DNA of 64,000 nt. It comes from a virus. The stretch covers positions 1 to 64,000 of the IMG/VR virus record IMGVR_UViG_3300045242_000006; one strand, written 5' to 3'. Positions 1 to 10,334 of the stretch are shown here, piece by piece. The notes beneath the pieces were generated by a model. The model worked only from the letters and a program-made list of their open reading frames with translations. It had not been told where the DNA came from and made no database searches. The first letter of the stretch is position 1; each line of letters starts with the position of its first letter. Made by a program: the position numbers and the translations under genes.

Positions 1-125
1 TTTAAGTTCACTGTAAAACGCACTCTCTGCCCGTGACCGTACAATATATAATCCTTGGTCTGTCATAGGAATATTATTCATTAATATCAAACTGAACACG
101 TAACTTTGAATAGCTGATAATAGAT

Positions 126-680
126 TCATTTCCCCTCCTTCAACATTCGTGTGATTTGCTTTCTACGATCTTTAACAAGACGTGCAGGAACCTCACCCCT
201 TTGAGTGATCCATGATTTTACCTCAGTTGCGGTTCCTTTGCAAATGATAATTGCTTGTTTCTCGATAGCTGCATCTTCGTGTGACATACCTTGACGTTCA
301 GCTAGAGTTTTTATTTTGTGGCATGGCTTACACAGGAATGCCAAATCCTCTTTACGGACAAAGACAATCCCTTCGACAAACTTCTGGATGTCGCTGATCT
401 TTCTCAGTGAGTGTTCACCTGATTTATGGTCCACTTCCATATTCTTTAGGATGTGTTCCTTCTTGCAAATCTCACAAATGCCTCCCCAAACTTTAGGTCT
501 GCCTTTGCGTAGCTTCACATTGGGATTGACTATCATCACGCGAGCTTCTTTGACAAACTCAAGCTTTACTGGATTCTTACTCCAAAGGTAACGCCGGATT
601 CCGCCACGAATCCAGCTAAGATACATTGCCTCTGTCTTCCAAATATCAGGGTACTCTTCCCAAGGTTTATATTCACTCAT
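126..680 (-). CDS. HNH-type endonuclease
   Basis: CxxC...EVDH...LCKPCHKIKT HNH/Zn motif; lies in the replication module. Confidence 0.75.
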   Translation of the reverse strand: MSEYKPWEEYPDIWKTEAMYLSWIRGGIRRYLWSKNPVKLEFVKEARVMIVNPNVKLRKGRPKVWGGICEICKKEHILKNMEVDHKSGEHSLRKISDIQKFVEGIVFVRKEDLAFLCKPCHKIKTLAERQGMSHEDAAIEKQAIIICKGTATEVKSWITQRGEVPARLVKDRRKQITRMLKEGK

Positions 681-891
681 TGTCAAGCTCCTTCAGCCGT
701 AATACACAAGCTTCAGTAAGTTTAACAATCACACCATTGGTTATAATGTCATAAGCGCGAAGCATTGGATCATCATAACCTAAGTACCAATATGCCCACG
801 CTACATATTGCCAAGCGAGGGGGCGGTGGACGTTGAAGTCACCGCCCGCCCACTCTTCTATAAACTCCCGTGGTGGTTCAATGCCAATCAC
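673..891 (-). CDS. hypothetical protein
   Basis: 72-aa ORF overlapping both neighbours in an operon-like way. Confidence 0.6.
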   Translation of the reverse strand: MIGIEPPREFIEEWAGGDFNVHRPLAWQYVAWAYWYLGYDDPMLRAYDIITNGVIVKLTEACVLRLKELDNE

Positions 892-1922
892 AAGACACCC
901 AGCTTATCAAGCAGAGCAGCTACATCAATACGGTCATCTTCCCAACGCTGCATATGAGCACAGTCGAAATAGAGCTGCATGATTTCCACTGCATCCTTGT
1001 CTTGCATCTGTCCTGTGTGATCCATGTAGACAACACGCTCAGGATACCAAAGTTTATATTGATTGTAAAGGGCTGTCAAAGCTTCTTTGTCATTGGTGCT
1101 GTCTTTCAGGATGTTGAATGCTGCCACTTCACCGAAGGTAACACTCTTGCCAAGCTTGTCCTGTTCAATCTTCCATAGGTCACACCCATGATAGTTGTCC
1201 ACAGAGTCTCCATAGAGCGCTTGGAAGTAGAGCCACTTACGGCCAGTGCCCTTGATGCCCTTACCCTCTTTGTGCAGCTCACCGAAGCCATGGATGTAGA
1301 TTGGCTTGGTCATCTTCTGAGGGTTGAACAGCCAACCAGAGCATGCCAAGGCATCTTTGTCTTCAGTAACTTGGATGATCTTTGTTTTTGCAAGGTGCCC
1401 ATCATAGGCACGGATGGAAGATTTATCATCAACCTCTCTGTCATTGATAACAACTGCACCCAACTCTCCAATCATGTACGCACGTAACTCTTTGAGTTGA
1501 ATAGGGCGGATAGTATCTTCACGGTTCTCTTTGTAAGCCCCGCCGAGTTTACTCTTGCCAGCCCATTTACCGCACGTTGCAACATGAGTCATTGGAAGTG
1601 GAATCTTATCACGGAAGTTATTCACCCCGCTGATATAAATCTCGTTCTTACTCACTCCAAGACGTGTCTGGTATCCTTTCATCATTTCACGAATCAGACT
1701 CTTACCATAGCTAGAATGTCGTGGCTCTTGTACATCTGTGATTGTGTACATATCCTCAGTGTGAGGCGTGTCTTTAATGAAGGCACGGAACGCTGTACGA
1801 TTGTCCCAGTGCTCAATAACACCCTTCTCTATATGTTGCGTGCTGATTGTTTTGTCTTCATTTGCTGCTGCTGCTTTGTATGCAATACTGTCAGCGTCAA
1901 AGATTAGAATATCCTCGCTCAA
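888..1922 (-). CDS. 5'-3' exonuclease (PIN/FEN-like, T7 gp6-like)
   Basis: IFDADSIAY, YKENR, EVDD, EDKD and GDSVDNYHG acidic motifs; probable TTG start at 1922 after GGAGG. Confidence 0.85.
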   Translation of the reverse strand: MSEDILIFDADSIAYKAAAANEDKTISTQHIEKGVIEHWDNRTAFRAFIKDTPHTEDMYTITDVQEPRHSSYGKSLIREMMKGYQTRLGVSKNEIYISGVNNFRDKIPLPMTHVATCGKWAGKSKLGGAYKENREDTIRPIQLKELRAYMIGELGAVVINDREVDDKSSIRAYDGHLAKTKIIQVTEDKDALACSGWLFNPQKMTKPIYIHGFGELHKEGKGIKGTGRKWLYFQALYGDSVDNYHGCDLWKIEQDKLGKSVTFGEVAAFNILKDSTNDKEALTALYNQYKLWYPERVVYMDHTGQMQDKDAVEIMQLYFDCAHMQRWEDDRIDVAALLDKLGVL

Positions 1923-1944
1923 TTCGTTTCCTCCATAATGCAAA

Positions 1945-1962
1945 ACGGCCCCGAAGGGCCAT
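1945..1962 (-). terminator. hairpin, probable terminator
   Basis: GGCCC-TTCG-GGGCC followed by GTTTT on the minus strand. Confidence 0.55.
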
Positions 1963-1978
1963 GATGGTAGATCAATTA

Positions 1979-2266
1979 TTAATCATTGTAGCCTGTGAGA
2001 GTTTCAAACTTCTCTTTCAGAAGAGCAGACTTCTCAGTGAACTCTTCGTACTTGGCAGCCGCTTCAAGTTTGGCAGCACCGAATACAAGACCGATATCAG
2101 CAGCAGAAATACCCTTTGGATTGGTTTTCTTGTTGAATTTGTTATCTTTCTTGAGCTGAGCAATATCGTCAGCAAGGGCTAGTTGTTCGCCAACCAACTC
2201 TACTAGACGATCAAACAGTTCCTGTTCAGTCAGGTTAATGCGTTCTACAGTGGAAGCTTCGGACAT
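1979..2266 (-). CDS. hypothetical helical protein
   Basis: AAGGAG RBS before ATG at 2266 (MSEAST...). Confidence 0.7.
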   Translation of the reverse strand: MSEASTVERINLTEQELFDRLVELVGEQLALADDIAQLKKDNKFNKKTNPKGISAADIGLVFGAAKLEAAAKYEEFTEKSALLKEKFETLTGYND

Positions 2267-2276
2267 AATGTTCTCC

Positions 2277-2846
2277 TTATTGGGTACGATAGTTGGTTGT
2301 CGAGGCAGATGCTTGCAGGTAGGCATATTCCATACCAACACCATCAGCTACGAAACTACGGGTTGCACCTTTAGCAAAACCAAACGAAGCACCTACAGCC
2401 ACTTCGTCAATGTTAGCTGCGAGGAACACAACTTGGTAACCTTTGGCTTCAGCTAGCTTGACAAGCTCTTTAACTTGCTCTGGAGCATACTCACGGGAAG
2501 CGTTCTCATAACCATCAGTGAAGATGTTGATGATGGCCTTAGCAGGCGAGTCATCCAGAATGCGGGATAATGCGATACCAATGGCATCATTCATTGCAGT
2601 ACCACCACTTGGTGAGTAGGACGCTGTAGTCAGGTCAACTACATCAGTCAGTGGCTTATTCTCAAACACTGTCTTAATAGTGGAAGCGAAAGTGATCAGC
2701 GTGACATCAGCCTCACCTTCAATTTTCTTTTGATCAGCGATAGTGGTGTTGAAACCGCCGATAACATCTTGACGCAAGTGGCCCATCGAACCAGATTCAT
2801 CAAGTACAAATACGATCTTTACTGCTTCTTTATCCTTTACGATCAT
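2277..2846 (-). CDS. von Willebrand factor A (vWA) domain protein
   Basis: VFVLDESGSM MIDAS motif, GGTAMNDA and FTDGYEN. Confidence 0.85.
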   Translation of the reverse strand: MIVKDKEAVKIVFVLDESGSMGHLRQDVIGGFNTTIADQKKIEGEADVTLITFASTIKTVFENKPLTDVVDLTTASYSPSGGTAMNDAIGIALSRILDDSPAKAIINIFTDGYENASREYAPEQVKELVKLAEAKGYQVVFLAANIDEVAVGASFGFAKGATRSFVADGVGMEYAYLQASASTTNYRTQ

Positions 2847-2848
2847 TC

Positions 2849-2968
2849 TCAATCCTCCAAAGCTGCTAATACTACAAGTAAGATGTACCAGCCAATGGAG
2901 ATATCAACTCCCGGTACAGCACAATCAATTATAACGCAAATCCAAAACAAGAGTGCGAACATACTCAT
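2849..2968 (-). CDS. small hydrophobic protein (39 aa)
   Basis: AGGAG RBS; translates MSMFALLFWICVIIDCAVPGVDISIGWYILLVVLAALED; below the ORF-track cutoff. Confidence 0.5.
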   Translation of the reverse strand: MSMFALLFWICVIIDCAVPGVDISIGWYILLVVLAALED

Positions 2969-3028
2969 GTGTTTCTCCTTTTAAAAGTGAGGGCACATCT
3001 TACAGACTGTGCCCTTTGGTGTCAACCC

Positions 3029-4072
3029 TTAAAATGGGACGTCATCATCGAAGTCATCATTCTCAGGCGCTGGTGCACTTGGAGCAATGCCAGCAGGTTT
3101 TACAGCTGCTTGGACAGGCGCTTGTGATTGTCCACCATTACCACCTTCCAATGCTTCCAACTCTGCCTTGATGATCGAATCTGGGAACTCATTCCCGTTC
3201 TCGTCAGTACGTGCAGCGTAGTTAATCGCACGCTTGATGTGGTTCTTAATGCACTGACGCAGTTGTTTAACTGCCTCTGCATCGTTAGCACCGCTACGTG
3301 GGAAGAAGTTAACACCATACAGTGTGCCTTCTGGAGCCTCTGGAAGCGGAATACCCTCTGGAACCATACCAACCAGTTTTACAGTTTCAGTGAAGTACTC
3401 AGTACCAGCTTTCTTGCCCGGTTTCATGAACACTTGAAACTGGAATTGTGCAACTTTGCCAAGCAACTCACCAATACGGTTCTTTGTGAACAAACCGTTT
3501 GCATCCAACAGACCACATGCATCAGCCAGTTTATGCAGACCGTTGTTCTTAGCGAACGCCCAAGTGGTTTTGTTACCCGGCAAATCATGCTTCATTTCCT
3601 TGATGTTGTAAGGAGACGCTACAATCTTGGTGTTGATACCCGGAAGAGTGAACTCACGGTTCAACAGCATACGCAGTGGTTGCGGGTTGCTGTTACCGAA
3701 GTATTTACCCTTGTCCACCATAACTTGTGGGAAGTCGATGGTGATGCACATTTGTTGGCAAGGCTTCTGAGGCCAGCATTTCAGACGTGCAGGCTTGCCT
3801 TTGTCGTCAACACCATCTTTGAAGTAGGTTGCAGGCTTTTCAGCGATTGCAGCAGCTTCAGCAGCAGCGTCACCCGTGAACACCTGCTCAGCATCGTCCA
3901 ACACCTGCTCACCAAGGTCGATGATACCAGAAATGATACCCGGAATAGAGCGAGCTTTTTCTTGGGTCTTTGCCATTTCAATGACGTGGCTATTCATGCC
4001 ATCCCAGTCAATCTCACGCTTATTGCCGCCGCCAGTGGTTTGCGAGTTAGTTGTAGTTACAAATTCAAACAT
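3029..4072 (-). CDS. putative ssDNA-binding/annealing protein
   Basis: Flexible G/A/P linker ending in acidic tail DDFDDDVPF typical of SSBs; lies in the replication module. Confidence 0.6.
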   Translation of the reverse strand: MFEFVTTTNSQTTGGGNKREIDWDGMNSHVIEMAKTQEKARSIPGIISGIIDLGEQVLDDAEQVFTGDAAAEAAAIAEKPATYFKDGVDDKGKPARLKCWPQKPCQQMCITIDFPQVMVDKGKYFGNSNPQPLRMLLNREFTLPGINTKIVASPYNIKEMKHDLPGNKTTWAFAKNNGLHKLADACGLLDANGLFTKNRIGELLGKVAQFQFQVFMKPGKKAGTEYFTETVKLVGMVPEGIPLPEAPEGTLYGVNFFPRSGANDAEAVKQLRQCIKNHIKRAINYAARTDENGNEFPDSIIKAELEALEGGNGGQSQAPVQAAVKPAGIAPSAPAPENDDFDDDVPF

Positions 4073-4161
4073 TATATATCTCCTATCTTAAAACCCATTA
4101 TTGGGCGATGTGGGGCCACTCGACCCCGTTACGTTAACCTGTGCTTGTGCACAGCATCAGA

Positions 4162-4593
4162 TCAGCGAATTTCCTTTACAGCGGCATATTGGAAGATGCG
4201 AACACCTTTCTTCTTGCCACCATAAACAGATTTCATCTCACGTGCAGTGTCACGTTCGTGAGTAGTGTACAAAACTTGGTCATGCTTATTAAGGATGGCA
4301 TAGATTACCTTAGTTGGTAGGGTGGTGTCAACCTCTTTCTCAGGCTCTTTACGAAGAACAATCATTTTCACAGTATCTTCAACAGCTTCAGTTTTAAACA
4401 TCTCGTAGTGGGATGCTTTCAACCAAGAATTGGTGCCATTCTGGTCTTCGAAGAGTTCCCAAATCGGGTTGAGGTCGTAGACCCTTCCAGTTGCAGTCAC
4501 AACAGTACCGTGGTTAAATGAGTGATAGTCACCATTACCAGCAGTTGGGCCACCGCCAATTATCACTACCTTTGTACCTTTCACGTGTGCCAT
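4162..4593 (-). CDS. hypothetical protein
   Basis: GGAGG RBS, ATG at 4593. Confidence 0.65.
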   Translation of the reverse strand: MAHVKGTKVVIIGGGPTAGNGDYHSFNHGTVVTATGRVYDLNPIWELFEDQNGTNSWLKASHYEMFKTEAVEDTVKMIVLRKEPEKEVDTTLPTKVIYAILNKHDQVLYTTHERDTAREMKSVYGGKKKGVRIFQYAAVKEIR

Positions 4594-4594
4594 T

Positions 4595-4777
4595 TTAATC
4601 CTCCTTTGTATCAATAATTAACTCAACTTGCTCATCAGTGAGACGTTGTTGAATACCTTTGTCATTCACGTAGATGTAAGTGTCGAGAATCTGAGCACTA
4701 CTCACACGCTTGACAATCTCTCCAAGTGCGTACATATGGTAGCCAGATTTGCTGACCACCTTGTATTTGTCTGTCAC
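4595..4777 (-). CDS. hypothetical protein
   Basis: GTGA overlap with the upstream gene. Confidence 0.55.
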   Translation of the reverse strand: MTDKYKVVSKSGYHMYALGEIVKRVSSAQILDTYIYVNDKGIQQRLTDEQVELIIDTKED

Positions 4778-5055
4778 GACAGCAGATCAGCGAAACGACC
4801 TTTGATTCGTTCCAGACGGGAATGCGACTCAGTGGCAGATTCTAACAGTTTGGTACGCTTCTCGATTTCAGCTTCGTGGTCAGCCTTCTGAGCTGCGATT
4901 GCCGCTTGAGCTTCTTCAAGTTTGGTTTGTGCATCTGTAAAGCCTTGGAGAGCATCCTTTACCAGTTGGTCTGGCGTCTTAGTTTCCCTCTTACCGAAGA
5001 AGCCAGTGATGTCGAAAGCGGAAGTACCTACAGTTGGTTCGTTACGGGTAGTCAT
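4774..5055 (-). CDS. hypothetical coiled-coil protein
   Basis: GGAGG RBS; helical A/E/K-rich sequence. Confidence 0.65.
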   Translation of the reverse strand: MTTRNEPTVGTSAFDITGFFGKRETKTPDQLVKDALQGFTDAQTKLEEAQAAIAAQKADHEAEIEKRTKLLESATESHSRLERIKGRFADLLS

Positions 5056-5078
5056 GTTATTTCCTCCAGTGTGTTTGA

Positions 5079-5333
5079 TTAAATCAACCAGCCGTCTTCG
5101 GCAGTATAAATAGTGTGAGCTGAGCTGTCTGCCATTTCATGGGCATACATCGAAAGATCCACCTCAACCCCGTGTACATTACCAGTGGTAACCTCTTCGT
5201 TGAAGTTTCTCTTAATTCCAGCATCATTGCCACCCCAAGCGTGATAAGTGAATGGTACACAAATACCACCACCAATGTCAAGGATCGTGGTGTCGGTTGC
5301 TGGGCTTACTACAATTCGGAGTACCTTGCTCAT
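5079..5333 (-). CDS. hypothetical protein
   Basis: GGGAG RBS; operon context. Confidence 0.6.
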   Translation of the reverse strand: MSKVLRIVVSPATDTTILDIGGGICVPFTYHAWGGNDAGIKRNFNEEVTTGNVHGVEVDLSMYAHEMADSSAHTIYTAEDGWLI

Positions 5334-5348
5334 TGTGTTCTCCCTTGA

Positions 5349-5534
5349 TTAACTTGGTTTGGTATCTTCTGGCATCATTTCCATGACCCAGTTTAAGATA
5401 GATTGTTGTGCTTTTCGATGAACCCGGCCATCAGCAAAAGGGTCCATGCCAAATGGACACTCCATTGGGTTGTCAAGCTTCTTGATTTGAGTCTCAATCA
5501 AATCCTTAAACTCTTTCATTTCATACTCAGCCAT
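5349..5534 (-). CDS. hypothetical protein
   Basis: GGAG RBS downstream of a sigma70-like promoter. Confidence 0.6.
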   Translation of the reverse strand: MAEYEMKEFKDLIETQIKKLDNPMECPFGMDPFADGRVHRKAQQSILNWVMEMMPEDTKPS

Positions 5535-5563
5535 GTGTAGCTCCGTTGTGTTTGATATGGAGA

Positions 5564-5592
5564 ATTGTAGAGACATCCTTGTCCATTGTCAA
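5564..5592 (-). promoter_or_regulatory. sigma70-like promoter
   Basis: Minus strand TTGACA-17nt-TACAAT. Confidence 0.7.
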
Positions 5593-5605
5593 CCCCTATT
5601 TTCAA

Positions 5606-7867
5606 TCAATGAATGTCGCTGTAACGTGAGCCAAATTGTGTATCACAGTCCAGCATACGACGAAGACCGTAGTCTGTATTCACCTTGTTAACAGCGTCCT
5701 TGATGATCTTGGCAATCGCTGCACGGTTCTTCTCGCTGTCACCCATACAGATAATGCATTCATCGTGGAACGAGCCAGAGAGTGTCTTACGACCAAAGAC
5801 TTTTACCATTTCAGTGAGGATGTTGTCAACCCACATATCAAAGAAATACGATCCTGTCCCTTGAGCTAACGTCGAGAATCGGTCAGCCTCAGAACGCAAG
5901 CTGTAGCAGAAACCGTTCACAGGGTTAATCAGCCACTTGTTTCCGCGACTATCCTTAAACACCACCTGTTCTTCTGCAATAGCCTTTACAGACCAGTTCA
6001 ACTCCCAGTAAGCCGTGTGTAACATCTTACCCGTCTCAAGGTCTACGCCAGCAGCTTGAGCGATCTTAGCAGCACCAGCATTGTACACAGAGGCGTAGTT
6101 TGTAGTCTTACCATCCTTACGACCTTTCTTAACGTGAGCAGGATGCTTACCTTTTGGGTTAGCTTTAAAAGCATCAAACTCTTCCTGACTAATCATCATG
6201 GCTGTCAACGCCATAAGGATGTGCGGATCGAAGTCTGGAGCCTGCATTGTTGCTACATACGCTGGGTCATGAGGCAACATAAAGTGGTGCTTCACACGGT
6301 CTTCAAGAGACGACATGTCAGAGCCCACAAGGATACGTTTCAACCCTGCAATCAAACTACCACGAATATCATAACCATAGGGCTTGTCAACACCCGGAAG
6401 GTTAACCAGTTCCCGGTGCTTCACTCGTAGCGTGTTTGTAAATCCACCAATACGAGCCTTCAACCACTTGTCATCTTCCATGTCACGGAAGAACCCCAGA
6501 AGCACGTTACGACGGTTCTCTGCCACCTTATAGTCAGCGTACACCTTAATCGCTGGAACCTCTTCAGCGAGGTCAAGGAGGCTGTGGCATAGCTCTTTAC
6601 CATCGTCACCACCTACAGAGATTTGTGGAATAGCTCTCTCTGCTGGACGTGCAAGCTTCCAACGTTCCCATTGCTGGTGGCTGGCTTTACCTTGTGGTTT
6701 GCTATTGACCCAAGCTTCAAATGCAACATCATCTTTTTCATACTTGAACGTTTGAGGAACCCAGCCTTTTGAGAACAAGAAGTCTTTAACCTGCACAGGA
6801 CTCCCCGGATTAGGCTCTTCATTCTTGTTCCATACACGGTAGAACGGGTTACCGAATTCGTCATTGCCGTCTTCTGGTTCAACATACACCATGACAGCAC
6901 CAGTCTCAGGGTCTTTCTCACCCTCAGTTAGCTGCCTCATTGTCTCATCCCACTTAACCCAGTGGGCGTTACGATCCCCGTTCTTTTTGAATGGGTCAGC
7001 CTTTGGTTGGCTCTTCTTTGTGTATTTAGGAACCAACGGCATAACTGCTGCCAAGCCTTGGCGAGCTTCCAATACAATCCCTTCCAACTTATCTAGAGCT
7101 TGACGACAATGGTCTACGTCCACTTCCCAGCGTGTAGCTTCTTGTAGAGCGGCACAATCCATCTTAAACATCAAGAATGTAAGAATACTATCAATCGCTT
7201 GATCAACTGTGCGTTCTTTCATGTCGTCGATTGGAATCCACTCATCAGCAGAGATGCGAGTCCCACCAACACGAAGGGTTGTTACATTGCCTTTCTTGTC
7301 TTCAATTCGTTGACCGTTGGTGATCAAGTCTTGAGCTGTCGAGTACATATCGATCAGACGTTCCATGTGGTCTAGCCACAAAGCTGTGTTGATCTTAACG
7401 TCCTCCTGACAGCGGTTTTGCATACGATCGAGGAACTCCGCAAGGGTTTCCTCTTCGCCTTGTTCCCAACTATCAATTGGTGGTTTGGCGATACCGTAGT
7501 CATCAAAGAAGCTATCTAAACCATGGACATTACGCTCAGGGCTCAGATACCATGATAAGGCTAGTGTATCAATGACCATCAGGTCATTCAGGTTGAGCCC
7601 TAATACCTTGTTCACAAACCGCACATCAAATCCGATACCGTTGTGCATCACAATTGGTATTTTCTTGTCAATGTGGTATTGGAAAAACTTGGCTACACGC
7701 TCTTTATAGTTCTTGTCATCACGGCGGATGGTGAACACCTTAGATAGATCACCGTTCATTTCACGAATCTGGTAAGACATTACATGCATTTGTGTGCATG
7801 TTGGCAGCAGCCCGTCACCTTCAAAGTCGCAAATGCTTGCTTGGCGCCAGTTTGTAATCTGTTTCAT
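5606..7867 (-). CDS. DNA polymerase, family A (3'-5' exonuclease plus polymerase)
   Basis: Exo motifs DFE, HNGIGFD and RCQEDV; polymerase motifs A (DMSSLEDR), B (RKDGKTTNYASVY) and C (FHDE). Confidence 0.95.
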   Translation of the reverse strand: MKQITNWRQASICDFEGDGLLPTCTQMHVMSYQIREMNGDLSKVFTIRRDDKNYKERVAKFFQYHIDKKIPIVMHNGIGFDVRFVNKVLGLNLNDLMVIDTLALSWYLSPERNVHGLDSFFDDYGIAKPPIDSWEQGEEETLAEFLDRMQNRCQEDVKINTALWLDHMERLIDMYSTAQDLITNGQRIEDKKGNVTTLRVGGTRISADEWIPIDDMKERTVDQAIDSILTFLMFKMDCAALQEATRWEVDVDHCRQALDKLEGIVLEARQGLAAVMPLVPKYTKKSQPKADPFKKNGDRNAHWVKWDETMRQLTEGEKDPETGAVMVYVEPEDGNDEFGNPFYRVWNKNEEPNPGSPVQVKDFLFSKGWVPQTFKYEKDDVAFEAWVNSKPQGKASHQQWERWKLARPAERAIPQISVGGDDGKELCHSLLDLAEEVPAIKVYADYKVAENRRNVLLGFFRDMEDDKWLKARIGGFTNTLRVKHRELVNLPGVDKPYGYDIRGSLIAGLKRILVGSDMSSLEDRVKHHFMLPHDPAYVATMQAPDFDPHILMALTAMMISQEEFDAFKANPKGKHPAHVKKGRKDGKTTNYASVYNAGAAKIAQAAGVDLETGKMLHTAYWELNWSVKAIAEEQVVFKDSRGNKWLINPVNGFCYSLRSEADRFSTLAQGTGSYFFDMWVDNILTEMVKVFGRKTLSGSFHDECIICMGDSEKNRAAIAKIIKDAVNKVNTDYGLRRMLDCDTQFGSRYSDIH

Positions 7868-7941
7868 GTAGCTCTCCTTTAAACGACGAAAGGGATCATA
7901 CCTAAGCACAATCCCCTTGTCAATCAGCTATTTAGTGGTCA

Positions 7942-9834
7942 TCAATACTTAGGCTCATAACCACCATCACGACTATCACCTTCTGCATCCTGACCTCTCT
8001 GGTACAACTCAGCGGCTTGCGGATTCCGGTCAAGGTAGTCCTCAAGATCGTGCACAGTGTGAGTTGCATTGTCATAGTAATATTTACCAGCATTAGGACT
8101 TGTGTTGCCTGTCCACCGGCACTTAGTCATCTTCATACTGGTGATATTTCTTGTGATTTCACACTCTGCTTCTTTGTTACGTGTGAACAACAAGTTGCAT
8201 GCAGCAGACTTGAAGATAGCGGAAGAACCTTGGAAGTCTTCTTCAAACAGATCAGCACCAGCCGAGTTGGCCTTAGCACCACCAGAACTTTTACGAACGT
8301 GGTTGATCAGAATGAAAGATACATCGTGGCTCTTCACCATACCTTTGAGCCACTTCATGAAGACAGCTTGCTCTTCATTGCTCATGCCATCCATGATGTC
8401 TTGGAGAGGGTCAATGATGATCACTTTGCACTCACATGCAACGATCAGGTTCATGATCTTCTCTTTGATGTCATCCAGAGAGCCGTCACGCTCTTCAATC
8501 AAGTGCCAGCGGTGTGAACCATCCTCTTTGAAGAACAACTCATTTGCAGCGTCCTCAGCCTCTTGAGAGTTGAAGAATGCAATCTTCTCAGAGTCAGTCA
8601 TCAGGTCAATCTTCTTGCCCATATGACGCGACAACATCTTATTACCGTACTGTGCACAGTCACTTTCAAGCGAAAGAACCCCCGGCTTGTGTGGACTATT
8701 GAAAATCCAGTGATAGACACATTCGTCTACGTGTGTGGATTTACCAGTGCCAGATGCAGAGCCAAGGTTGACAATCACTTTCAGTGGAATACCACCGCCC
8801 ATCATCGCTTCAACACGGTGCATATAACGTGGCAATGGAATCTTAGGGATTACCGCTGCCTTCTTCATCAGACTCATCAGGCTACCAGAGCCTACGATAC
8901 CAGATGGAGTGTAAGGCATTGCCTTGTAGAAGTCTTGTACAAATTGGAAGCCTTTATCAGCCTTCAGGTATTCGTTCGGGTCTTTAAGAGCCATCTCCAT
9001 GATGTAGGCTTTACCCTTTGGCAGAGCTTTACAAACCTTCTCTGCTGCCTCACGTCCTGCTGCATCGTTATCCATACAGACGATGATACGTTCGAAACGG
9101 TTGAACCATTCATACTGACCTACAATCTGCTTCTCACAGCCTGTCTCACCGATGGTTGGAGACACAACAGGGATTGGATCATAGGATGTTCCGTTCTTTG
9201 CGTTGTCACGGTTTGTCTTGTCAGCAAGCATTTGGAATGCGGACAGTTGGTCAACTTCACCACCAACAATCAGACAGTATTTACCACGTGCACGGATAAA
9301 CTTGAACTGACCAAACAATTGACATTCACGCCCAGTTTCTCCCAATGCTCCTTTGAAGTCTTTAGGGAGTTGCCGACGTTTATATCCAGTGAGGATAAAA
9401 CCATGGTCGTTCTCAGCTTCCATTGTACAAGGATAATATTGAACTGCCACTTCACCTGTCGCTGTATTGATTTCATGACGAACACCAAATGCAGCAGTTG
9501 TGTCTTTACGGATACCACGCAACCCTTTTGAGTCAGTGGTTGTCACTTCTTTCATCTTTGCATGGATTTCGTCGTTAAACTCTGCTCCCACGATATTGTA
9601 CTCCTGCTCTTCTACCACACCATTTTCTTCCAGCCATTCCTCAGACGGAATAGTGAAACCACCGCAACCACCAAAACAATGGGCGCCTTTATGGCGCCCT
9701 ACATCATCACAACCATACACCATCAGGTTGTCACCAGTACGGTCATGTCCTTTCTCAACGCATTTAGGGCAAGCTACTTTTCCATACGTGTAAAGGTCAA
9801 TGCCGTACTTCTCTGCTAATTCTAAACTTGTCAA
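7942..9834 (-). CDS. DNA primase-helicase (T7 gp4-like)
   Basis: N-terminal Zn finger CPKC...HCFGGC, TOPRIM GEVD/MDNDAAG, Walker A SASGTGKS, DnaB-like IIDPL and HVRK. Confidence 0.93.
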   Translation of the reverse strand: MTSLELAEKYGIDLYTYGKVACPKCVEKGHDRTGDNLMVYGCDDVGRHKGAHCFGGCGGFTIPSEEWLEENGVVEEQEYNIVGAEFNDEIHAKMKEVTTTDSKGLRGIRKDTTAAFGVRHEINTATGEVAVQYYPCTMEAENDHGFILTGYKRRQLPKDFKGALGETGRECQLFGQFKFIRARGKYCLIVGGEVDQLSAFQMLADKTNRDNAKNGTSYDPIPVVSPTIGETGCEKQIVGQYEWFNRFERIIVCMDNDAAGREAAEKVCKALPKGKAYIMEMALKDPNEYLKADKGFQFVQDFYKAMPYTPSGIVGSGSLMSLMKKAAVIPKIPLPRYMHRVEAMMGGGIPLKVIVNLGSASGTGKSTHVDECVYHWIFNSPHKPGVLSLESDCAQYGNKMLSRHMGKKIDLMTDSEKIAFFNSQEAEDAANELFFKEDGSHRWHLIEERDGSLDDIKEKIMNLIVACECKVIIIDPLQDIMDGMSNEEQAVFMKWLKGMVKSHDVSFILINHVRKSSGGAKANSAGADLFEEDFQGSSAIFKSAACNLLFTRNKEAECEITRNITSMKMTKCRWTGNTSPNAGKYYYDNATHTVHDLEDYLDRNPQAAELYQRGQDAEGDSRDGGYEPKY

Positions 9835-10004
9835 GCAGTTCCCTCCAGAATTGTAACTTTAACAGATAGTGAGCAAGACTCTTTATAGTCTTCATACAAT
9901 CTGTACTTTGCATCAACTGCATCAGTGTGTTTGTCGAATACAAGAGTTTGGCAACAAATCGACTCATTATGGTACTTAACAGTTACGAATAGTGTTGTGC
10001 TCAT
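9831..10004 (-). CDS. hypothetical protein (57 aa)
   Basis: MSTTLFVTVKY... overlaps both neighbours by 4 nt. Confidence 0.5.
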   Translation of the reverse strand: MSTTLFVTVKYHNESICCQTLVFDKHTDAVDAKYRLYEDYKESCSLSVKVTILEGTA

Positions 10005-10333
10005 GCTGCTCTGGCCTCCGTATAAGTTTGTTCCCAGATCGAAGTGCTACCCGGTGTACCACCGCCCGGTGGGGTTCCATCAGGACTTCCTGACGGTCCT
10101 GTAGGAGGCTTTGGTTTGTCATCAGGCTTAGCACGTGCCCTAGCTCCATGTAAGACGCCGGGAATCACAGCCTCAAGGTCCAGCGTCACGGGCGTTGACA
10201 GGCTAAACCCATCAGGAGTTTCACGCACTGCAAACTGGGTTAGCTGAGTCAGAACTACGAAGTCCCAGACAGCCTGCAAACTTTTAAAAGGGATAATGAT
10301 TGTGTTGCCATTCATCACTGCGATACTGCTCAT
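10001..10333 (-). CDS. hypothetical protein with Pro/Gly-rich tail
   Basis: GGAGGTG RBS; MSSIAVMNG... Confidence 0.6.
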   Translation of the reverse strand: MSSIAVMNGNTIIIPFKSLQAVWDFVVLTQLTQFAVRETPDGFSLSTPVTLDLEAVIPGVLHGARARAKPDDKPKPPTGPSGSPDGTPPGGGTPGSTSIWEQTYTEARAA

Positions 10334-10334
10334 A

